The notes beneath the pieces were generated by a model. That model had not been told where the DNA came from and made no database searches. It saw only the letters and a list, made by a program, of their open reading frames with translations. A program made the translations under genes and the position numbers. A stretch of DNA of 64,000 nucleotides from an uncultured delta proteobacterium (GTDB lineage Bacteria; Desulfobacterota; Desulfobacteria; Desulfobacterales; JAHEIW01), in NCBI GenBank assembly GCA_963706575.1, contig CAVPNL010000008.1, forward strand, positions 64,001-128,000, in the 5' to 3' direction. Positions 58,119-64,000 of the stretch are shown one piece after another (position 1 is the stretch's first letter; every line of letters starts with the position of its first letter).

Positions 58119-60098
58119 ATGGTAAAAGACGAGCGGGATAATCTAATCTATCGTGGACTGTTACAATCTGACGACGGTATCATTGCCAAAGTTGTGAACG
58201 CCAATTCACGGGTAATCACTTTTCAAACGACATTCGGGCTAAACGATCAACTCATCGAGCACCTCAAAAACCAATCCGAACACATCGTCTTTAGCGAACG
58301 TTCCAGGATTGCGCGTCTCGGCGTGCAGATAAAATGCGAACCGCCCTCGGCTGATGCTCTAGAAGGTGATCGCGTCACATTGACGCTGGTTGCATCACCG
58401 GTCATACCGGGTTATCCCGGGCTCAATGAGCTGCGTGACTTTTTCACGCTGGGCCTGCCCGTCGGTCGTCTGGTTTTCTGCGATCCCGACGCGCTTTTGA
58501 CCTCTGATGAGGTGCTGGAGGCCAACGAACGCTCGCAACTCAAACTACCGGAATCCACTACGATTTCGGCCGATGGCAGTATCGTTATTGCCCCGCATAA
58601 GGTCATCTGTGAGCTGAAGCAACCGCTCGACAAAGAGACCCTGGGACGGATATTACTGCGCGAAGACGGCAGAGAGCTTTTAAACCGCTATCAGGCGCGC
58701 AAGGCTGTCCGGGCCGTAAACATCGCTGCCGGAAAAGGTGCCGTAACCACCTGTTCTATGTATCTTAACGAGCACTATGTGGTTTTGCAGAGCGGCTTTG
58801 AACTGGGCCGAAATCTGCCGGCAACGGTTCTGGATCCTATCAAGACCCGCGGGATTCGGATTTATCTTGAGATTGTCAACCAAACCAAACATCCCATCGT
58901 AAATCCATTGATTGCCGCAAAAGTCTATTACGCCGCCAAATCTAAAAACGGCATGCAGCGGAAAAAAAATACCGGCTTTGGCGCTTTTTTTACTTATAAA
59001 CAAATGCGCCAGCTGGAAAAAAGATTCGATCCCCCGAAACCCAACAGCTGCCACCACCTGGACAAGCCCGTTGCGGTCATCGATAAAAAAACGGATGCCA
59101 TTCAGAACGCGGGCATTTATTTAAACGGTCCCGACCATGCCTGTGAAGCGACCCGGGCTTTGTGTGCCGTAGCGCGCCGGGACTTTTCGCCTTCCAGTGA
59201 ATGCAGTCATGAATATGCCACATCAAAACTGAATGAGGCGGTCAAAAATTCATCCGCCATTCTGGCCATGAAGTATTTCCCTAACTTGATCGAGCATCGC
59301 GACATCATCAATCTGGCATGTGACGGGAAAATTAAGGCCCTATATTTTTATGAGCCTTCCTGTGAGCACGGCCCGTTTCTTTCGCAACAGGATCACAACC
59401 GTCTACAAGAATACGATGCTTTCGGGATAAAGGTGTACTGGGTATCCGGACTAAACAGCTGTCTGATGGTGCACACCATGCGGGATGGAATGGGCTATTT
59501 TGTGCTGCCGGAGCGGCTGGCCGATTTCCACACATCGATGCTTTTCGCGTTTTACGGCTCTAACATGCGGCTTTCGAAAAAGGGCGAATCGCGCCTGGGA
59601 CAGCTGCTGGACGCCCTGATCGAGTTCTGGGGCCAAAGCATCGGGATTGTCACCGGCGGCGGCAGCGGCGTTATGGAACAGGCCAATACGCTCGCGCGAA
59701 CCCGCGGCATTTTGTCCGGTGCGAATTTTTTAGACATCACCGATCAATCCATGACCACCGATGTCGATTTTTGCCAGGTTTTTCAATCCACCTGCCGTCA
59801 TAGCAGGCAAAAATGGTTTGAGGTCGCCTCATTTCCGATTTTTAACGTCGGCGGACTGGGCTCGCTCGAAGAACTGGGCATTACCCTTTGCAATATGAAG
59901 CTATCCATCCTGGAACAGGTTCCGATTATATTGTTTGATACCGAGGGTCGCCAGGGGTTCTGGAATGGCATTGATCGTCAGATCGAAGAAATGATCTCTC
60001 GCGGCCGGGCTCCCGACTGGATCCAGGATAACATTGTCATCACCGATGATCCCAAAGAAGTGATCGATGCGTATCGATCTCGCCTTCAACTCTTCTAA
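58119..60098 (+). CDS. Large LOG/SLOG-family protein with uncharacterised N-terminal region
   Basis: C-terminal FYGS...IVTGGGSGVMEQAN...RQK...VGGLGSLEE. Confidence 0.8.
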   Translation: MVKDERDNLIYRGLLQSDDGIIAKVVNANSRVITFQTTFGLNDQLIEHLKNQSEHIVFSERSRIARLGVQIKCEPPSADALEGDRVTLTLVASPVIPGYPGLNELRDFFTLGLPVGRLVFCDPDALLTSDEVLEANERSQLKLPESTTISADGSIVIAPHKVICELKQPLDKETLGRILLREDGRELLNRYQARKAVRAVNIAAGKGAVTTCSMYLNEHYVVLQSGFELGRNLPATVLDPIKTRGIRIYLEIVNQTKHPIVNPLIAAKVYYAAKSKNGMQRKKNTGFGAFFTYKQMRQLEKRFDPPKPNSCHHLDKPVAVIDKKTDAIQNAGIYLNGPDHACEATRALCAVARRDFSPSSECSHEYATSKLNEAVKNSSAILAMKYFPNLIEHRDIINLACDGKIKALYFYEPSCEHGPFLSQQDHNRLQEYDAFGIKVYWVSGLNSCLMVHTMRDGMGYFVLPERLADFHTSMLFAFYGSNMRLSKKGESRLGQLLDALIEFWGQSIGIVTGGGSGVMEQANTLARTRGILSGANFLDITDQSMTTDVDFCQVFQSTCRHSRQKWFEVASFPIFNVGGLGSLEELGITLCNMKLSILEQVPIILFDTEGRQGFWNGIDRQIEEMISRGRAPDWIQDNIVITDDPKEVIDAYRSRLQLF

Positions 60099-60250
60099 AA
60101 CCTATCTCAAAAATGCATCTAACACCCAAGGGCTGTGTTGCAAAAGCTGCGGCTAAACCCGGTGCAAGCCTACTCAGCATGCTCGCATATCACGGCAAGA
60201 TGCCGCTCCCACTGTTGCCATCGCGAAGTGGGAGTGGCTTCCAGCCACGA
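60096..60250. repeat. Partial MITE left arm plus REP doublet (GTGG family) copy 3
   Basis: TAAAACCTATCTCAAAAATGCATCTAACACCCAAGGGC matches the 36873 arm; REP arms at 60190..60212 and 60228..60250. Confidence 0.8.
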
Positions 60251-60400
60251 ATATTAAGCGTGATTTTCTTTTATTAGACAGTTTAAAGTCTATCTTCATT
60301 ATCACTGCCCACTGCCCGCATCTAGCCTCGAGCTAAAAATCATGGTTCCCGAGGACCACGAAACAGGGTTTTTGTTGATTCGTAGGATGAAATTCGGACA

Positions 60401-60844
60401 TCAATTTCCAAGCTTGTAGCGAATCCTCAGAACACCGTCCTGGAAAGTGGTGGAGGTGATTCGAAACTCTCCGATTTCGGCGGTTGATTTGACATGCGGG
60501 CCGATGCAGGGGCAGTGGTCGTAATCACCGATGCTGATAATCCGGATGGGGTCTCCTGCGTCATCCGGCAGCTTTTCCGTATTGAACCGGCTCATGGCCT
60601 CTGATTTTGATATAAACTGCTCGCTGACCGGTAAGTCCGACTGGATAATCCGGTTGACTCGTTTTTGGATCGCTTCAATTTCATCCGCAGTCAATGCTTT
60701 TGCGAAATGATAATCGCATTTTGATTTTTTGCGCTCGATATGCGCATTAAAGCAACGACCACATTGATACATGCGCTCCATGGTTTGGTTCAAAATATGC
60801 TCGGCTGAATGCATCCTCGGCTCATATTTTTTTTTCATTTGCAT
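60401..60844 (-). CDS. AlaX-like tRNA editing domain protein
   Basis: HSAEH and CIGPH zinc motifs. Confidence 0.85.
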   Translation of the reverse strand: MQMKKKYEPRMHSAEHILNQTMERMYQCGRCFNAHIERKKSKCDYHFAKALTADEIEAIQKRVNRIIQSDLPVSEQFISKSEAMSRFNTEKLPDDAGDPIRIISIGDYDHCPCIGPHVKSTAEIGEFRITSTTFQDGVLRIRYKLGN

Positions 60845-60993
60845 TAAATCCTATTGTTAAGGTAATGAAAATTACAAATTTTTTTTGTGACAAATTAAGA
60901 AGGATTTTATTGATCGCTTTTACCAAAAAACAAAGGACCGCGATTGATTGTTAAATCTTATTAAATTTTTAGATTGGTGGAGCTTGTTGCCTG

Positions 60994-61947
60994 ATGAGAA
61001 AATGTCTGATTTATCTTGAATTTCCTGAAAAGTACATATCCCAGTTAAAGAAAATTGCCAATACTTATGAATTTATATCCTGCACAGACAGAACGGAATT
61101 GATGAAACACCTGCCTGACATGGAAATCCTTGTGATCTTCGTTGGTAAATTTGAAGCCGAATTACTTGGATTGGCGCCCAACCTTAAATGGATCCAGACG
61201 ATTACCGCAGGGGTGGATAACCTGCCGCTCAAAGAAATCAATGATCGCCGAATTATTCTTACCAATGCGCGGGGTGTCCACAAGATTCAGATGGCCGAAT
61301 TTGCCATTGCCGCTATGATCAACTTTGCCCGTAATTTTCATGTGATGCAGCGCAATCAGATCAAAGGGGTGTGGGACCGATCGATGCCTCAGACGGAAAT
61401 TTACGGTAAGGCTGTCGGGATTATCGGTTTGGGCAGTATCGGCGAAGAAATCGCCAGAAAGGCATCTTTTTTTGGAATGCGGGTGCTTGGCGTTCGGAAA
61501 AACCCCCAACCGATGAAATATGTCGATCAGGTATATGGGATAGAAGAAATGGATGCGGTTTTTCAGCAATGTGATTATATCATTAATTTGTTGCCTTTGA
61601 CTGCAGGGACCCAAAAAATAATTGATAAGCATTATTTCAACATTATGAAAAAAACAGCCTGTTTTATCAACATCGGCAGAGGACCGACGGTGAATCAGGC
61701 AGATCTGGTGGATGCGTTAAAGAGTAACCAGATTGGCGGGTTGGTTGCCGATGTTTATGAAGAAGAGCCCTTGCCAGAAGATAGCCCTTTGTGGAAATTG
61801 GAAAATGTGATTCTAGCACCGCATATCGCCGGCCTCTCACCGAATTATCTGAAACGAGCCATGGATGTCATTCGGCATAACCTGAAGGTATATGTCAGCC
61901 AATCCGGCGAGATGATGAATATAATTGACTGTAGCAGCGGTTATTGA
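60994..61947 (+). CDS. D-2-hydroxyacid dehydrogenase
   Basis: GLGSIG, INIGRG, DVYEEEPL, PHIAG. Confidence 0.93.
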   Translation: MRKCLIYLEFPEKYISQLKKIANTYEFISCTDRTELMKHLPDMEILVIFVGKFEAELLGLAPNLKWIQTITAGVDNLPLKEINDRRIILTNARGVHKIQMAEFAIAAMINFARNFHVMQRNQIKGVWDRSMPQTEIYGKAVGIIGLGSIGEEIARKASFFGMRVLGVRKNPQPMKYVDQVYGIEEMDAVFQQCDYIINLLPLTAGTQKIIDKHYFNIMKKTACFINIGRGPTVNQADLVDALKSNQIGGLVADVYEEEPLPEDSPLWKLENVILAPHIAGLSPNYLKRAMDVIRHNLKVYVSQSGEMMNIIDCSSGY

Positions 61948-61962
61948 AATATATTAAAGCGC

Positions 61963-63612
61963 CTAAATTTGGCATCCTCGAATCCGGATGGATTTGAGAC
62001 CGGCAAGAAATTTTTTGCTCAGGTTCAGATCGGTTTCATGTTCATACACCTCGCCGTCCGATTCAACCCCTCTGATGATTCCATCATAAAGAAAAAATTG
62101 CAGCAGTTGCCGGCCGGCATTATTGCGATTATCCGGATTTGTGACGTAGTCGGTAGCAGGCGCAGGATCCGGCAGCGGCCGGCCGCTGTCGATTAGCGAC
62201 TTCATGAAGTTAATGATTCTGCTCAGGCGCAAAAGAGTAACCGATTCTTTACGAGCGGTGCTATGAGATATCGGCAGGGCGCTGGATCGCATACCGGAAA
62301 AGTCGTGGGGCAGCAGCCCCAGTGTAGCACACAGCCGGTAGTCTTTACTGCCCGGTGACGGGTAGAATACGGAGGTGCCTGCCAGAACCCTGCGCTCGGC
62401 CAGATAGAGGAGATCCTGGAGGGAATCAGCTGCTTTTTGAAACGGGGCGCCCACGATAATGTAACCGACCGCCTCAAGATCATAGGCCCGGGCCAGGTCC
62501 AGCGCGCTTTCAAATGCCCGGCGGACATCGGGCCGCTGAAACCGCTTCTGCTGCGTCTTTGCCGTGGTGCCCAGCGACAGGTTCAGCGTCCGAAAACCGG
62601 CTGCTTGCATGGCAGCGACAACCTGCTCATCCAGCGATGAGGGCAGCAGGCCGTTCATGGCCCTGAGTTCGGGCAGTTTCCCGGCAAAACGCTGTGTGAT
62701 TTCATCCATTAACCTGAGAAACCAGTTCCGATCCAGTGATAGATTTTCGTCTTCAAAATCGATAAACCCGACATGGTGTTGGTTAACCGCCCTTTCAATT
62801 TCACGGAGTACGGACGCAACACTTCTTTGGCGATAGCTAAGGGGCGAGGAGGCCCCCATTGAGCAATACGTGCACTTCAGCGGGCATCCGCGGCTGGCGA
62901 CCACCACTGTACCGGCCTTTTTGTTACGGCGGTAATAGCGCTGGTCTATCAGTTGAGTGGCGGGCAGCGGCAAATCATCCAGATGGCGCACGCTGACGGT
63001 TTCGCCAACACGCAGACTGCCATCCGGTTTACGATAGACCAGCCCGGGGATATCCGCATAGCCCGTTCCGTTAAGAAGTGCTTTTGCCAACCGCACCATC
63101 GATACCTCCCCTTCGCCCCGCAAGACAAAGTCCACTGCCGGAGACTCCATTACTCGCCCGGGCATGGCGGTGGCATGATGGCCGCCGACGACAATTTTAC
63201 AATTGGGATGGTACGCTTTAACGATCTGTGCGGCCTGGACGGCCTCATAGGTATATGCGCTAAAAAGAGAGGAAATACCCACCAGAAAGGGCTGCGCTTT
63301 TTTAACCCGTTGCCCGATGGTGTCGAAGCTGTAGCCGAAATGTTTGAAGTGATGAAACAGGGCGAAGGGAGATTGATCGGGCCGGCCGTAAAAGGGTCGC
63401 AAATATGCCAATTTCTGCGGCAGATCGACAACACGTGATTTTGCAGTGGCCAGCGCATCCAGAATTTGTACGCAAAAACCGGCCGCAATCAACCCGGCGG
63501 CGATACTGGCCAATCCATATGGGATGGTGCGTTTGGCGGTTAGATAAAAATCGCGAATAGGCGGTTGGATGAGCTGGATCTTGAATCTGGAATCTTGGCC
63601 TAATGGTCTCAT
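61963..63612 (-). CDS. B12-binding radical SAM protein
   Basis: VGGHHAT...GEGE, SRGCPLKCTYC. Confidence 0.92.
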   Translation of the reverse strand: MRPLGQDSRFKIQLIQPPIRDFYLTAKRTIPYGLASIAAGLIAAGFCVQILDALATAKSRVVDLPQKLAYLRPFYGRPDQSPFALFHHFKHFGYSFDTIGQRVKKAQPFLVGISSLFSAYTYEAVQAAQIVKAYHPNCKIVVGGHHATAMPGRVMESPAVDFVLRGEGEVSMVRLAKALLNGTGYADIPGLVYRKPDGSLRVGETVSVRHLDDLPLPATQLIDQRYYRRNKKAGTVVVASRGCPLKCTYCSMGASSPLSYRQRSVASVLREIERAVNQHHVGFIDFEDENLSLDRNWFLRLMDEITQRFAGKLPELRAMNGLLPSSLDEQVVAAMQAAGFRTLNLSLGTTAKTQQKRFQRPDVRRAFESALDLARAYDLEAVGYIIVGAPFQKAADSLQDLLYLAERRVLAGTSVFYPSPGSKDYRLCATLGLLPHDFSGMRSSALPISHSTARKESVTLLRLSRIINFMKSLIDSGRPLPDPAPATDYVTNPDNRNNAGRQLLQFFLYDGIIRGVESDGEVYEHETDLNLSKKFLAGLKSIRIRGCQI

Positions 63613-64000
63613 GAAGTCATTAACAATGGTATGAATTTATGGTTAGCCCTTGGGAAGGGATAGTTCTTGTATTCATTCAAACGTATCCAGCGAAAAGCTA
63701 CAGGCCCGCGTAAATACACTCTTCCGGACACATAGTTGCAGCAAAACACTTCCATGACAATTCTAAAATGGGTATAGGCGTGTTTCACTTGAGCCAAATG
63801 CCGGTCGATTCGTACGTCGAGATTAACTTCTTCTTTGATTTCTCTGATGCAAGCGGCCTGTGCCGATTCGCCGTCTTTAATCTTGCCGCCCGGAAATTCC
63901 CATAAGCCCCCGAGCAGCCCTTCGGCTTTGCGACGGGTGATCAGGACCCGGCCATTTTTAAAAACAACACCGACGGCGATATGATATTGGGGTGTGGCCT
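63609..64000 (-). CDS. mutY: C-terminal NUDIX/MutT-like domain, probably of A/G-specific adenine glycosylase (5' part outside window)
   Basis: Hand translation ...LITRRKAEGLLGGLWEFPGGK...REIKEE...VKHAYTHF. Confidence 0.75.
   Translation of the reverse strand, partial: ATPQYHIAVGVVFKNGRVLITRRKAEGLLGGLWEFPGGKIKDGESAQAACIREIKEEVNLDVRIDRHLAQVKHAYTHFRIVMEVFCCNYVSGRVYLRGPVAFRWIRLNEYKNYPFPRANHKFIPLLMTS

Noticed and set aside
61963..63612. B12 radical SAM as the maturase of the precursor
   Set aside because: About 28 kb away, coupled to mutY in a housekeeping context, with no visible RRE or SPASM domain.

Overview
Bacterial window; gene content and intergenic repeat style suggest a Desulfobacterota-like deltaproteobacterium (inference). 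It carries many single-base indels typical of an unpolished long-read assembly. The first 33.4 kb holds two tandem giant exported-protein genes (>4,000 aa, truncated at the window start, and about 6,500 aa after mending frameshifts). Each has a shuffled set of adhesin/lectin-like modules (DUF2341, LamG, Ig/FN3-like, beta-helix-like) joined to a nearly identical 3.8 kb constant block: PTAV-type FN3 domain, Ca-binding repeats, C25 (gingipain/PorU-like) peptidase with intact His/Cys, and a Cys-TM-basic C-terminal tail. A RelE/ParE-HTH toxin-antitoxin pair lies between the two genes. Immediately downstream is a RiPP-like operon: PqqD/RRE, a 54-aa precursor missing from the ORF track (lasso-type YxxPxL leader, Cys/Gly core, C-terminal SSS), an HPr-kinase-like protein and a nucleotidyltransferase. 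After that come an OmpA protein, a CPBP intramembrane protease, and a Wzy-type exopolysaccharide locus (WbqC, PIG-L, DegT, WecA, degenerate HD-GYP, ExeA-like ATPase, FG-GAP-Wza fusion, Wzc, ligase/polymerase). Matching sigma-54 promoter motifs precede giant gene 2, the RiPP operon and wecA. Together these suggest one co-regulated cell-surface/biofilm system. The last 10 kb is ordinary housekeeping genes. Intergenic DNA is rich in REP doublets, MITE-like hairpins and short tandem repeats.
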